A stretch of 63,648 bases of DNA from a bacterium (GTDB lineage: Bacteria; Patescibacteriota; Saccharimonadia; UBA4664; JBBRNT01), in assembly GCA_043767845.1 (NCBI GenBank), contig JAYUFZ010000021.1, forward strand, positions 1-63,648, written 5' to 3'. The notes beneath the pieces were generated by a model, which saw only the letters and a program-made list of their open reading frames with translations, did not search any database and was not told the origin of the DNA. Within the stretch, counting starts at the first letter, position 1. Every line of letters starts with the position of its first letter. A program made the translations under genes and the position numbers. Shown here piece by piece: positions 17,741 through 27,919 of this stretch.

Positions 17741-18898
17741 ATGCCAAGTAAAGTAACGAACGAAGAAAACATGACCATGGAGGAACTGCTGGCGACCCAA
17801 ACAGGTTTTGGTGTAGCTATTGGTGACGTCGTAGAGGGCGTAGTAATCGCCGCCGAGAAGCACGAAGTCTGGCTGGACCTCGGAGCACGAGGAACCGGCC
17901 TAGTTATTGGCCGCGAGATCGAGCAAGTCCAGGATATCAAGCCTGGTGACACCATTAGTGCCAGCGTGCTCGAGCCAGAATCAGACGAGGGATACGCTAT
18001 CCTCAGCCTTAAGAAAGTGGCCAAAGAAAAAGGTTGGGAACTGCTCGAAGAGCGCTTCAAATCTGGTGAAGTCTTTGCTGTCACTGCCTTTGATGCCAAT
18101 AAGGGTGGTCTACTGGTTGAAATCGAAGGTGTACGCGGCTTCCTGCCCGTATCCCAGCTTTCAGCCGAGAATTACCCGCGCGTTTCCGGCGCCGACAAGG
18201 ATGAAATCCTTCATCGCCTGACCGCATTGGTGAGTAAGCCTCTGCAAGTCCGCGTACTCGACCTCAACCGCCGTGACAATAAGCTGATCGTTAGTGAGAA
18301 AGCTGCCCGCCGTGAAGACACCGAAGGCAAAGTTGCCAAGATGAAAGTCGGCGAAGTAGTCAAGGGCCGTGTTACTGGCGTTGTCGATTTCGGAATCTTT
18401 GTAAATGTTGACGGCGTCGAAGGCCTCGTCCACATTTCAGAAATCGCTTGGGACCGAGTCGATAGCCCTGCTAAATACGTCAAAGTCGGCGAAAGTATTG
18501 AAGCCAAGATTATTTCGATCGACCGCGACAAATTGTCACTTTCGATGAAGCAACTCAAAAGCGATCCATGGCTCCAAGAAATCTCCAAATTCAAGGTTGG
18601 CGATAAGGTCGACGGCAAGATTACCCGCATTACGCCATTTGGTGCTTTTGTGCAGGTTACGCCAGTCATCGAAGCCCTAGTGCATATTTCTGAACTTTCC
18701 GACGACCACGTCGATGATCCCAATAAGCTGGTCAAGCTAGGTGAGGCCAAAGAGTTCAAGATCATTGCCATCGATGCCGAAGCCCACAAGCTAAGCCTCA
18801 GCCTCAAAAGCGGCGAGCGTAAGGCCAAGAAGCCAGCTACTGCCGCAAGCAAAGAGACCAAGGAAGAAGCAGCTTCCGACGACAAGAAAGCAGCTTAA
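17741..18898 (+). CDS. rpsA: 30S ribosomal protein S1 (short form)
   Basis: Repeated S1 motifs 'NKGGL..GFLP.SQL', 'G.VTGVVDFGIFV..GLVHISE', 'ITPFGAFV..ALVHISEL'. Exact start (MPSK or MTME) uncertain; upstream TTTACA-17-TAGAAT. Confidence 0.93.
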   Translation: MPSKVTNEENMTMEELLATQTGFGVAIGDVVEGVVIAAEKHEVWLDLGARGTGLVIGREIEQVQDIKPGDTISASVLEPESDEGYAILSLKKVAKEKGWELLEERFKSGEVFAVTAFDANKGGLLVEIEGVRGFLPVSQLSAENYPRVSGADKDEILHRLTALVSKPLQVRVLDLNRRDNKLIVSEKAARREDTEGKVAKMKVGEVVKGRVTGVVDFGIFVNVDGVEGLVHISEIAWDRVDSPAKYVKVGESIEAKIISIDRDKLSLSMKQLKSDPWLQEISKFKVGDKVDGKITRITPFGAFVQVTPVIEALVHISELSDDHVDDPNKLVKLGEAKEFKIIAIDAEAHKLSLSLKSGERKAKKPATAASKETKEEAASDDKKAA

Positions 18899-19095
18899 TG
18901 CCACTGCGGACCTGCAAGGTATGCCGCACTAAGCGGCCACAAGCAGAACTGGTCCGCTGGACGAAGCCCGAAACGTCCTCCGCCCTGGTGCCCGACATGA
19001 GTCGGCACCGGGTCGGCCGAGGGTTTTATAGCTGCCCGGGGCTATGTAGCGACAAACTTAACAACAACGGTGCAAAGAAGCGAGGGCCACGATGA
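18898..19095 (+). CDS. ylxR: YlxR/DUF448 RNA-binding protein
   Basis: 'PLRTCKVCR...ELVR...GRGFYSC' directly upstream of infB. Confidence 0.8.
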   Translation: MPLRTCKVCRTKRPQAELVRWTKPETSSALVPDMSRHRVGRGFYSCPGLCSDKLNNNGAKKRGPR

Positions 19096-20864
19096 GCGAA
19101 CAAGCAAAATCCAATGAAATTATTATCCCAGCGGTCATAGCGGTCGGGGATTTTGCTACTGCGCTTGGCGTACCAGTCACCAAGGTTATTGGTGAGTTGA
19201 TGAAGAATGGCGTTATGGCCACTATCAATGAGCAAATCGACTTCGATACGGCGGCCATTATTGGTTCCGATCTGGGCTTTGAGATATCCGCCGAAGCAGC
19301 TCCCGAAGCTGAAATGCGCATCAAAGACCGCCCTAAGCTGGCTGAGGGCGAGGGCGAACTGCGCCCACCAATCGTCGCTGTTATGGGCCATGTCGACCAC
19401 GGCAAGACCTCGCTGCTTGATGCTATCCGTTCCACGCACGTTGCTGCTGGGGAAGCAGGCGGCATTACCCAGCACATTGGCGCCTATCAGGTTAAGCGCA
19501 ATGACCGTTGGATCACCTTCCTAGACACACCTGGTCATGAGGCTTTTTCGGCAATCCGTGCCCACGGCGCCCGCATGACCGATGTGGCAATTATTGTTGT
19601 GGCGGCCGACGATGGCGTCAAGCCACAGACCAAGGAAGCCATCAAACACGCTGCCGATGCCGGTGTGCAGATTGTTATTGCTATCAATAAGATCGACAAA
19701 CCAGGTGCCGACGCCAACCGCGTCCGCACCGAGCTGAGCGAACTGGGCATTATGTCCGAGGAGTGGGGTGGCACAACGGTGATGGTCGAGGTTTCGGCCA
19801 AGACTGGCGACAATATTGATAAGCTGCTCGACCTGGTGCTACTGGTGGCCGATCTCCAGGATCTGCGAGCCCAAAAAGAAATTATGAGTGAAGGCTTTGT
19901 CGTTGAATCGCATTTAGACGCCGGCCGCGGCCCAGTGGCTACGCTGCTGGTTATGAACGGTACACTGAGCGTTGGCGACTATATTGTTTGTGCCGGCGCG
20001 TACGCCAAAATCCGCAGTCTCGACGACTACCGGGGCAAGCGCATTAAGTCGGCCGACCCAGGCATGCCGGTCGTTGTATCAGGCTTCAAGTCGGTACCAA
20101 CATTTGGCGACCAATTCCGTGAAACGCCGGACGAAAAATCGGCTCGCGACCTGGTGGTGGCTTCCCAGCGGGCAGACTCTATTAAGAGTATGGTTCGCGT
20201 CAAGAAGATAGGCCTCGATGAACTGACTGGCGCCATTACGGCTGGCCAGGTCAAAGAACTCAACGTCATTGTCAAAACCGATGTTGGTGGTTCACTCGAA
20301 TCGCTGACCGAAAGTCTGAATGTTTTGCAAAACAGCGAAGTTGCTATCAAGATTGTTCATTCCGGTGTCGGCGACGTCAGCGAGTCGGATGTGAGTATGG
20401 CCAAGGCCTCGGGCGCTCTGGTACTGGGCTTCAATGTTGGTATTGGCTCGGCCGTCAAGCAGCTCGCCAACCGCGAAGGCGTCAAAGTCCAGCTCTACAA
20501 GGTCATCTATGAACTGCTCGATGACATGCGCGACGTTCTGAGCCAAATGTTGCCGCCGGAGATTATTGAGACTACCGTAGCCACACTCAAGGTGCTCGGC
20601 GTCTTCAAAACTACCAAAACTGCCACAGTCTGTGGCGGCGAAGTGACCGAAGGTAAGGTTACACCGAAAATGAACCTCAAAATACGCCGCTCCAAAGAAA
20701 TTATTGGCAACGGCAAGCTCGACAATCTCCAAAAAGAAAAGCAAGAAGCTCGTGAAGTCTTCGCTGGTGAACAGTGCGGTATGAGTGTGTCCACAGCGAC
20801 GCCAATCCTAGTCGGCGACGTACTAGAATTCTTTACTACCGAATCTCGGGCCAGGACCCTGTAA
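19092..20864 (+). CDS. infB: Translation initiation factor IF-2 (short N-terminus)
   Basis: '[20 protein letters not shown]', '[10 protein letters not shown]', '[10 protein letters not shown]', 'AINKID'. Confidence 0.98.
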   Translation: MSEQAKSNEIIIPAVIAVGDFATALGVPVTKVIGELMKNGVMATINEQIDFDTAAIIGSDLGFEISAEAAPEAEMRIKDRPKLAEGEGELRPPIVAVMGHVDHGKTSLLDAIRSTHVAAGEAGGITQHIGAYQVKRNDRWITFLDTPGHEAFSAIRAHGARMTDVAIIVVAADDGVKPQTKEAIKHAADAGVQIVIAINKIDKPGADANRVRTELSELGIMSEEWGGTTVMVEVSAKTGDNIDKLLDLVLLVADLQDLRAQKEIMSEGFVVESHLDAGRGPVATLLVMNGTLSVGDYIVCAGAYAKIRSLDDYRGKRIKSADPGMPVVVSGFKSVPTFGDQFRETPDEKSARDLVVASQRADSIKSMVRVKKIGLDELTGAITAGQVKELNVIVKTDVGGSLESLTESLNVLQNSEVAIKIVHSGVGDVSESDVSMAKASGALVLGFNVGIGSAVKQLANREGVKVQLYKVIYELLDDMRDVLSQMLPPEIIETTVATLKVLGVFKTTKTATVCGGEVTEGKVTPKMNLKIRRSKEIIGNGKLDNLQKEKQEAREVFAGEQCGMSVSTATPILVGDVLEFFTTESRARTL

Positions 20865-21202
20865 TGTCTTCCCAGCGTGTTGCGAAGGTTGAAAGCCTCA
20901 TTCGCCAAGTCGTGGCCACGGGACTGTGGACTGAGCTTGATAAAGACGGCGCCCAAGTAACTGTCACCAATGTCGATGCTTCACCCGACCTTCGCAACGC
21001 CAGCGTGTATGTCGGTATATTGGGTGATGAGGCTCAGGGCAAACGGATATTTGACCGAATCGAAGGTATTAAACCTATGATTCAGGCTCGACTGGCCAAA
21101 AGCATGTCCATGAAATACGTGCCGCGCATTCATTTTCGCCACGACACCGGTGGGGCTTACTCTGCCGAAATTGGCCATATCTTAGATACGCTCAAGCAAT
21201 AA
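20864..21202 (+). CDS. rbfA: Ribosome-binding factor A
   Basis: ATG 20864 overlaps the infB TAA; 'VTNVDASPDLRNASVYV', 'KYVPRIHFRHD'. Confidence 0.92.
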   Translation: MSSQRVAKVESLIRQVVATGLWTELDKDGAQVTVTNVDASPDLRNASVYVGILGDEAQGKRIFDRIEGIKPMIQARLAKSMSMKYVPRIHFRHDTGGAYSAEIGHILDTLKQ

Positions 21203-21256
21203 TACCGCTTATGCCTCTGTGGTATGATAATGCTATGAACCAAGCGAGTCTTTAAC

Positions 21257-23608
21257 GTGGCCGAAACAGCGAGTAAACCAGAAGCAGCCAGTTTTTCAGG
21301 GGCGGATTTTTACGCCGGGCTAGAGCCTGGTGGTTACGTGGGCGACAAGCCGGTAGGCCTAGGTGAAACCCCGGCCGAATATACCCTCGTAACCCCTAAG
21401 GGTGAAAGTGTTAAAGTCACCGATAAGCGTGGCCAGTGGCAGGCCGACGCTTTGCTCGGCGAGCTATCACGTGGCGAACTCGTTCAGAGATTAAACCATC
21501 ATGAATCGCTGCAAGCTGACTTGCCGGATGTGGCCTATACCCACCCGGAGCGAAGGTCCGCCACCGAAAACACTACCGTCGCCGAACAGCGACTGCTTGA
21601 GGACAACCTAGTCCAAGCGCTGTCTGAGTATATGGCCGCCCACCCCGACTTTGCTAAAGCTACCGAGGCTACTCACGCTGCCACCGAAGCGCTCAAGAAA
21701 GAGCAACTGGACAGAAACCCAACGGTTACGCCAAAAAAGGAGATATTTGGACTCAAGATTGTTGATACGGCCGACGATCCTGGCCTGGATAAGACCCATA
21801 TGCAGATGGTCGTTTCCAAGGAATTAGCCGACCCAATGAGCCTTTATTTGATTATTCGCAACGAGGGTGCCGATAAGCTTTCGGCCGACACACTGGCGCG
21901 AATGGCCGACTATTTCTATCTTGAACGTCAGTCTGGATCTGGGGTGAGCGCCGGTATCGAAAAGTTGCAATTGCAAATACTTGAAGGCTTCGAAAAGCTA
22001 CCGCCTGAGGGGCGTGAGTTGCTTATGGCTGACTATCTGAAAGCTGGCACAGTGATCAAGGATCACGATACCGGTCAACTCGTAGCCAAGGACGCGCTTG
22101 GCCAGGCCGTTCTCATGCATCTGGAGCGAGCCAATTTACGCGAGCGCCAGCAGCAGGAGCGGGTTGAGCAAGTGGCTTCAGGCCGAGAGCAAGCCGAAAA
22201 AGTCGACCGCTTCCATAAAATTGCTTTGGCCAAAAATAGGCATGAATTACACGCTTTGATCAAGTATTTTGAGGATAAAGGTGACCTGGAAATTGTTCCC
22301 GACGACGAATGGCCGGGTATTGACGCCAGTAGCGACACGGGACGGCAGGTATTGGGTGAAGTTTTGCGACGTGATATGGAAATAGTTGGGTTCGACCAGG
22401 CTAAGGTGGAAAAAGAGCTAGCCGGGCTAAAGACCCTCAAGGAAGTCGAGGCTTATAAGGCAGAATTGCTGGCCGGGCGCCATGTTGACCCGACGGCCTC
22501 AGAAAAGGAGCAGGCACAGGCCGCGGCGGTGAAAGATCACCTGAGAAGTCCGGCTGCAAAAGCGGCGCTCAAAAGCTATTTGGCCCCAGAGATTGAGCAT
22601 CGCCGTAATGAGATTGTTATCGCCCCCCAATTCCGCAAGCTTGTGACCAGATCGGATGTCGCACGGGTGTTATATGAGCAGTATGAGCCAAGTAAGGTGG
22701 TGGAAATCGACGCTCAGACTGGCCAACTGGTGCCCAATAATGGTGTCGGCAAGATTGCTCTAGAAATGGCCGCCCGGGCAGAGACACGGATTGATAAAAA
22801 ACAGGCTGAGTCTGGTCAGCCACCAGAATTTGACGCGGCCGCTGACGCCTACTGGCGAGGAGAGATTGCCGGTGCTAAGACTAGTGATCAGCTACTTTCG
22901 ATACTCGCAGCCTTGAGTCGTGCCGGCTTAGTCGAGCCTGGCGCGAGCCAAAGCTGGCCGCCCACCAAGGATAGTATCGATAATCCCGATGGCAGCGATG
23001 GTCTGAGTTTAAATCTTGGCCGGGCTGCCCGCGCTATAGTTGGCTTTGACCACGCCGTTATTCAGCGGGAGCTACGTGATCAGCTAAAAACTGCCTATAA
23101 TCAACCAGTTCGCGCCGGTGCAAGGAATCCAGACCGGATTATGGCCAGGGCAAATGAGTTGATTGCCGAAAAGACTGGTGCCGATAAGGTCATCTATGCT
23201 GCTATGGTAGAACCCTTAGCTTTTATTACCGCCCGCCACGAAGTCGACCAGCAATTTAGCAATGTGAAGACATCAGTCCATATGGAAGGGATTATGCGAT
23301 CCGAAGCTAAATCTGGGAATGTGAGACAAGATGGTGACAGCTGGGTGCCATTAACCAAATTTGGCCAGGTTTTAGTGCAATCATATCGCATGCGTCATGT
23401 TCGCCCTTTTGATGATGACGCCGAAAGGCAAGCTGCCTCCAACGCCGAAGCTGTCGAGAGAGGGCGGGTGATAGTTGAGGGTAGGCGTGAAGCGGCCGCC
23501 GTTGCAGACGCGCAAGCTATTGAACGCGGTAAAGAGATTGTCGGGGAAAGGCGCGAAGCAGCGGAAGCCGCACGGGCAACCGCCATCCCGCCCGCGCCAG
23601 CAAGCTAG
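21257..23608 (+). CDS. Large acidic helical hypothetical protein with internal repeats
   Basis: 783-aa open frame with ordinary codon use; no recognised family; internal repeats (IVGFDQAKVEKEL / IVGFDHAVIQREL). Confidence 0.7.
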   Translation: MAETASKPEAASFSGADFYAGLEPGGYVGDKPVGLGETPAEYTLVTPKGESVKVTDKRGQWQADALLGELSRGELVQRLNHHESLQADLPDVAYTHPERRSATENTTVAEQRLLEDNLVQALSEYMAAHPDFAKATEATHAATEALKKEQLDRNPTVTPKKEIFGLKIVDTADDPGLDKTHMQMVVSKELADPMSLYLIIRNEGADKLSADTLARMADYFYLERQSGSGVSAGIEKLQLQILEGFEKLPPEGRELLMADYLKAGTVIKDHDTGQLVAKDALGQAVLMHLERANLRERQQQERVEQVASGREQAEKVDRFHKIALAKNRHELHALIKYFEDKGDLEIVPDDEWPGIDASSDTGRQVLGEVLRRDMEIVGFDQAKVEKELAGLKTLKEVEAYKAELLAGRHVDPTASEKEQAQAAAVKDHLRSPAAKAALKSYLAPEIEHRRNEIVIAPQFRKLVTRSDVARVLYEQYEPSKVVEIDAQTGQLVPNNGVGKIALEMAARAETRIDKKQAESGQPPEFDAAADAYWRGEIAGAKTSDQLLSILAALSRAGLVEPGASQSWPPTKDSIDNPDGSDGLSLNLGRAARAIVGFDHAVIQRELRDQLKTAYNQPVRAGARNPDRIMARANELIAEKTGADKVIYAAMVEPLAFITARHEVDQQFSNVKTSVHMEGIMRSEAKSGNVRQDGDSWVPLTKFGQVLVQSYRMRHVRPFDDDAERQAASNAEAVERGRVIVEGRREAAAVADAQAIERGKEIVGERREAAEAARATAIPPAPAS

Positions 23609-24523
23609 CTATTTATTGGCCTGAATTCCAGCTAAAAAGGCGGCTACTGGCATATCCTGGCGCCCGGCGGGCTTGAGTCGCACAATTTCTAAAATGCCGT
23701 CACCGGTGACCATAAAGAGCATTTGGCCGTTGATAATCGGCTCGCCCGGGGTGCCTTTGAGTTGTTCTGGGCTAACGCGGCTAGCGGTGATGATAACATC
23801 GCGGCCGAAGACGGTGGTGCGGCTGCCTGGCCAGCTGAGGTAGGCACGGACTTCGCGCTCCAGACGTGCGGCAGGCTTTGTCCAATCCAGAATGCCGGCA
23901 CTTTTAGGGATGATACCAACGTGACTGACGAGTTTAAGGTCTTGGATCTTGGGCTTGAGTTCTTGAATAAGTATTTTGTTCAATATATCTGATAATAGCT
24001 GAGTACCAAGCATACTCAAGGTCTCAAATAGCTCTGGCTTGGTACTGTTTTCTGAGATAGGAAGCGAGCTTTGGGCGTATACTGGACCGCTGTCTAAGCC
24101 AGCTTCGATACGCATTAAGCTGACGCCAGTTTCGCTATCGCCGGCTAATATGGCGGCCTCAATCGGCGAGGCGCCACGGTATTTTGGCAAAAGCGAGGCA
24201 TGGATATTGACCAGGCCGAGAGGAAAAAGATCGATAATTGCTTGAGGAATAATCTTGCCGTAGGACACAACTACGCCGGCATCGGGCTTGAGCGCTTCGA
24301 TAGCCTCTGTGATTCCCGACAGCTTAGTTGGCTGCAAAACATCAATATGATGCTGCTCGGCCAGTATTTTTACCGCCGGTGGGGTGAGTTGATGATGGCG
24401 GCCGATGGCGGCATCCGGTTTGGTAATAACGGCAACCAGATTATAGCCTTGGTCGATGAGCATTCGGAGGGGCGCCAAACTGAACTCGGATGTGCCGAAA
24501 TAGATGAGCCTTTTAGTCTTCAC
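23609..24523 (-). CDS. fmt: Methionyl-tRNA formyltransferase
   Basis: 'YFGTSEF', 'VVSYGKIIP', 'NIHASLLPKYRGASPI', 'LDSGPV'. Confidence 0.96.
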   Translation of the reverse strand: MKTKRLIYFGTSEFSLAPLRMLIDQGYNLVAVITKPDAAIGRHHQLTPPAVKILAEQHHIDVLQPTKLSGITEAIEALKPDAGVVVSYGKIIPQAIIDLFPLGLVNIHASLLPKYRGASPIEAAILAGDSETGVSLMRIEAGLDSGPVYAQSSLPISENSTKPELFETLSMLGTQLLSDILNKILIQELKPKIQDLKLVSHVGIIPKSAGILDWTKPAARLEREVRAYLSWPGSRTTVFGRDVIITASRVSPEQLKGTPGEPIINGQMLFMVTGDGILEIVRLKPAGRQDMPVAAFLAGIQANK

Positions 24524-25077
24524 GCTAGCTTCTTTTTGTCGCTGGCCGTCAGAGGGATGAACTCTCCATCACTGTCCAGGTGGAAGAGCTTGTTCTTATC
24601 TGAGATACGGTCTAGAAAGATTAGGCCATTGGTGTGGTCGATTTCATGTTGGAATACTCGGGCCAGAAAGCCTTCCACGGTCAGACGCACCTCCTTGCCA
24701 TCGAGATTCAGGGCTTTCACTTTTACCCGCTCGTAGCGGCTGACGTTGCCGTAGATATTGAGCACACTGAGGCAACCCTCGGTATCCTCGACCAGCTTAC
24801 CCTCGGCCTTTACTATCTCGGGATTGATGAAAACGGCAAAACTCCTGTCGGCTTTATCTTCAAAATCATTGCGAATGACGATGAGGCGTTGCATACTGGC
24901 GATTTGTACAGCAGCTAGTGCAGCCCCAAACTCGTGTTTGCGGCTATCTTCCCAGTCTAGGGTGGCGCGGATCATTTCCTCGGCCAGGGCGCGGGTCGAC
25001 TCATCGACAATAGCAACACGCTTAGATTTCTGGTGCAGCAGGGGATTGGGGGTAGTTATGATGTCGTCTTTAGTCAT
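24520..25077 (-). CDS. def: Peptide deformylase
   Basis: 'ALAAVQI', 'EGCLS', 'QHEIDH' motifs. Confidence 0.96.
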   Translation of the reverse strand: MTKDDIITTPNPLLHQKSKRVAIVDESTRALAEEMIRATLDWEDSRKHEFGAALAAVQIASMQRLIVIRNDFEDKADRSFAVFINPEIVKAEGKLVEDTEGCLSVLNIYGNVSRYERVKVKALNLDGKEVRLTVEGFLARVFQHEIDHTNGLIFLDRISDKNKLFHLDSDGEFIPLTASDKKKLA

Positions 25078-25159
25078 AGCACTAGTATCTAGAATCTCGA
25101 ATCAAGAAGCAAGCCTGGGCTCAATTTGACTTACTCGTGCTTGAGAAAACCCATAATCT

Positions 25160-25861
25160 ATGGCATACTTTGGCGCGTTGGCAGAAAGTTTCTGCTGGTA
25201 CCCAAGAAAGAGGTGTGTCGTGGATTCCACGGTGAGTCTCGGTAATTTCGGAAAAGATCTCGGGCTAATGCACGAGCTGGTGTTGGCCGGCCGCAAGCTT
25301 GGCGTTGGTTCTGATTTCTTTAGCAAATTGGCTCATAATCCGATGCTGTTCAGGCGGGTAATCGAAATGGTTAAGGCGGATACTACCAGCTATTCATCCG
25401 AACTCATGGATGTCTCAGAGATCTTCACAGTAATGCCTGATTATCGAGCAAATCTTCAGGCTCAAAGGGCAGCGTGCGACTTCGACACGATCGTGCTGAG
25501 AGATAAAAATCAGCATCTTGGCTCAATTTCCCACCCAGTAGAACTGCCGGATGTGGTCGATACCAGGTATATGCGGATCGATAACCCCAAATCGATCGAA
25601 AAGATCAATTCGATAATCCGAGAGGCAGGGAAACGGCCGGCAAATATTTGGGAGCTGTTTTCTTTCGCTCGGCTCTACCCAGACATTCAGCGTAGTTTTG
25701 TGATAATCGCGCTTGGTACTCCCCTGCGGATCGATTACACGAACTACGGACGCAGTCTTTTTCCCGCAATCGGCGGTGATAGCTCGTGCCGATCACTTAA
25801 ACTGACCTGGTGGCTGCTGCACATGAGCGAAGAATGCCGCTTTCTAGTCACCGACATCTAG
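25160..25861 (+). CDS. Hypothetical protein
   Basis: 233-aa ORF; C-terminal 'RPANIWELFSFARLYPDIQ...IIALG...CRFL' recalls a family I associate with CPR genomes; function unknown. Confidence 0.6.
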   Translation: MAYFGALAESFCWYPRKRCVVDSTVSLGNFGKDLGLMHELVLAGRKLGVGSDFFSKLAHNPMLFRRVIEMVKADTTSYSSELMDVSEIFTVMPDYRANLQAQRAACDFDTIVLRDKNQHLGSISHPVELPDVVDTRYMRIDNPKSIEKINSIIREAGKRPANIWELFSFARLYPDIQRSFVIIALGTPLRIDYTNYGRSLFPAIGGDSSCRSLKLTWWLLHMSEECRFLVTDI

Positions 25862-25907
25862 ATGATCACTGAGCGCTCCGCTTTGGCGGGGCGCATTTGT
25901 TTGCAGT

Positions 25908-27854
25908 CTAGAGCAAGTTCATCGGGTCTAAATCGACCGCCCAGTCGGTACTGGCGAGCTTACTGGCTTCGACGAGGGAAGCGCGTGAGCTGGATTTGAG
26001 GATTATTTGGCGATAGGACTTGCCGCGCAGTTGGTCGCGGAAGGCTGGGGCTGGGCCGATTATTTCGATACCCTTAATTTTCAGCAACTTTGCAGCGAGG
26101 TCTTTGGCTAATTGGTCGGCCTTATCTGGGCTTGTATGGTGAATTGTAAGTTTGCACAAATATTTGAAGGGCGGGTAGTGGAGCAATTTGCGCTGTTCGA
26201 TTTCGTATTTGTAGAAGCCCCAAAAATCGTGTTTAGCAGCCAGCGTTATGGCCGGATGCTCAGGGGTATAGGTCTGGACTATGACTTGTCCGGCCCGGTC
26301 GCCACGACCAGCGCGGCCGCTGACTTGGGATACGAGTTGGAAGGTCCGTTCGCTGGCACTGTAGTCGGGAATGTGCAGCATGGTGTCGGCCGAGACGACG
26401 CCCACCAAGTCGACGGCGGCCAGGTCGAGGCCTTTGGCGATCATCTGGGTGCCAATGAGGATATCGACCTTGCCTGCGGCGAGCCCAGCGTAGGTCGCGG
26501 CTAAGTGTTCATCGTCGGCGCTGTCTTTATCCAGCCGGGCGAGCCTAGCACGGGGGAATAGTTTGGCGACTTCGGCTTCGATGCGCTTAGTGCCACCACC
26601 GAGGAAGCGCATATTGTGGGCTTCACAATCCGGGCAAATGGCCGGCGGGCTTTGGCGTTTGTTGCAGTAGTGGCAGATGAGTAATAGGCTGTCGGCGTGG
26701 AAGGTGTAGGGGATGCCACAATCGGGGCACAGGTTGACCCAGCCACAATCGCCGCAGATCTGGCTACTGGCACTGCCGCGGCGATTAATATAGAGCAGGC
26801 TTTGGCGGCCGTTTTGGAGGGTGGTGGCCAGGGCGTCGATAAGTGGGCCTGATAGGAAGGGATTGCGTTTGAGTAGCTCGCGGTCGCGCAAGTCGACGAT
26901 GGTTGTTTCTGGCAGGGGCTGGTTGTTGGCCCTAGCGGTGAGCTTCACGAGAGTCAGACGGCCTTGCTCGGCTAGGTAAGTCTCGAACAGTCCAGGGGTG
27001 GCCGACCCGAGCACTAGTTTTGCCTTGGTGAATCCGGCCAAGGCGGCGGCGGCAACGATCGCCGAATACCTGGGGTTTTGTTCCTGCTTGTAACTCGATT
27101 CGTGGCACTCATCGATGATGATCAGGCCGGGCTTGGCGACAGGCAAAAAGAGGGCTGAGCGGGGACCGATGACAATTCCAGGATCGAGATTGGTAAAAAC
27201 CTTGTTCCATATATCGGCCCGCTCGGCTTCTGTTTGGCGCGAGTGGGTGCTCAACACTTTGCCCGGGAAGCGCTCTTCGAAAAGTTTGATGATCTGGGGG
27301 GTGAGGGCAATTTCAGGCACAAGTACTATTACACTCTGGCCGCCAGCTAACGTCCGCTCGGCTAACTCCATATAAACCCGGGTCTTGCCTGAGCCAGTAA
27401 TCCCTTGTAGCAGGCAGCCTTTGTTGCTGGCTTCAATCAACTTGATGGCCGCTAACTGTTCGGCATTAAGCGGGGGATAGGTTGGTGGTTTTGGTGACCC
27501 TAAAACTTTGGCTTCCGGTCGCGCGCGGCGCTTTTTGACGATCCCGGAAGGTAAGATAGTCTGCCAAACTGAGGAGATTGAGGCCGAGTAATAGTTTGCC
27601 AGCCAATCGGCAAAACTTAGTAAGTGGGCAGGCAAGGCTTGGTCGAGAATCACTTTGCTGAGCGGCCGGGTGGTAAAGCTGGGTTTGGTGGTGGTGCGGC
27701 GGATAACACCGACGCTAGCTCGGCGGCCGAGCGGCATGGAGACTATTTGGCCCGCTTTCATTCCTGCTGGCCCAGCATAGGTAAAGACGCCTTTGCCCCC
27801 ACCAGTGAAGCTAATAGGCTCAATTTCGTAATAATGCTGTGACTCTTCGCTCAT
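25908..27854 (-). CDS. priA: Primosomal protein N' (replication restart helicase)
   Basis: 'LLQGITGSGKTRVY', 'LVPEIALTPQ', 'IIDECHESSYKQ', Cys-rich Zn region, 'QVSGRAGR'; leaderless TATAAT-6nt-ATG. Confidence 0.97.
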   Translation of the reverse strand: MSEESQHYYEIEPISFTGGGKGVFTYAGPAGMKAGQIVSMPLGRRASVGVIRRTTTKPSFTTRPLSKVILDQALPAHLLSFADWLANYYSASISSVWQTILPSGIVKKRRARPEAKVLGSPKPPTYPPLNAEQLAAIKLIEASNKGCLLQGITGSGKTRVYMELAERTLAGGQSVIVLVPEIALTPQIIKLFEERFPGKVLSTHSRQTEAERADIWNKVFTNLDPGIVIGPRSALFLPVAKPGLIIIDECHESSYKQEQNPRYSAIVAAAALAGFTKAKLVLGSATPGLFETYLAEQGRLTLVKLTARANNQPLPETTIVDLRDRELLKRNPFLSGPLIDALATTLQNGRQSLLYINRRGSASSQICGDCGWVNLCPDCGIPYTFHADSLLLICHYCNKRQSPPAICPDCEAHNMRFLGGGTKRIEAEVAKLFPRARLARLDKDSADDEHLAATYAGLAAGKVDILIGTQMIAKGLDLAAVDLVGVVSADTMLHIPDYSASERTFQLVSQVSGRAGRGDRAGQVIVQTYTPEHPAITLAAKHDFWGFYKYEIEQRKLLHYPPFKYLCKLTIHHTSPDKADQLAKDLAAKLLKIKGIEIIGPAPAFRDQLRGKSYRQIILKSSSRASLVEASKLASTDWAVDLDPMNLL

Positions 27855-27919
27855 ATCTTTATTATACTCTGTTAGACAATTGACTCAGACCAAATGTCAG
27901 GCTATTATCAGATAAGTTT

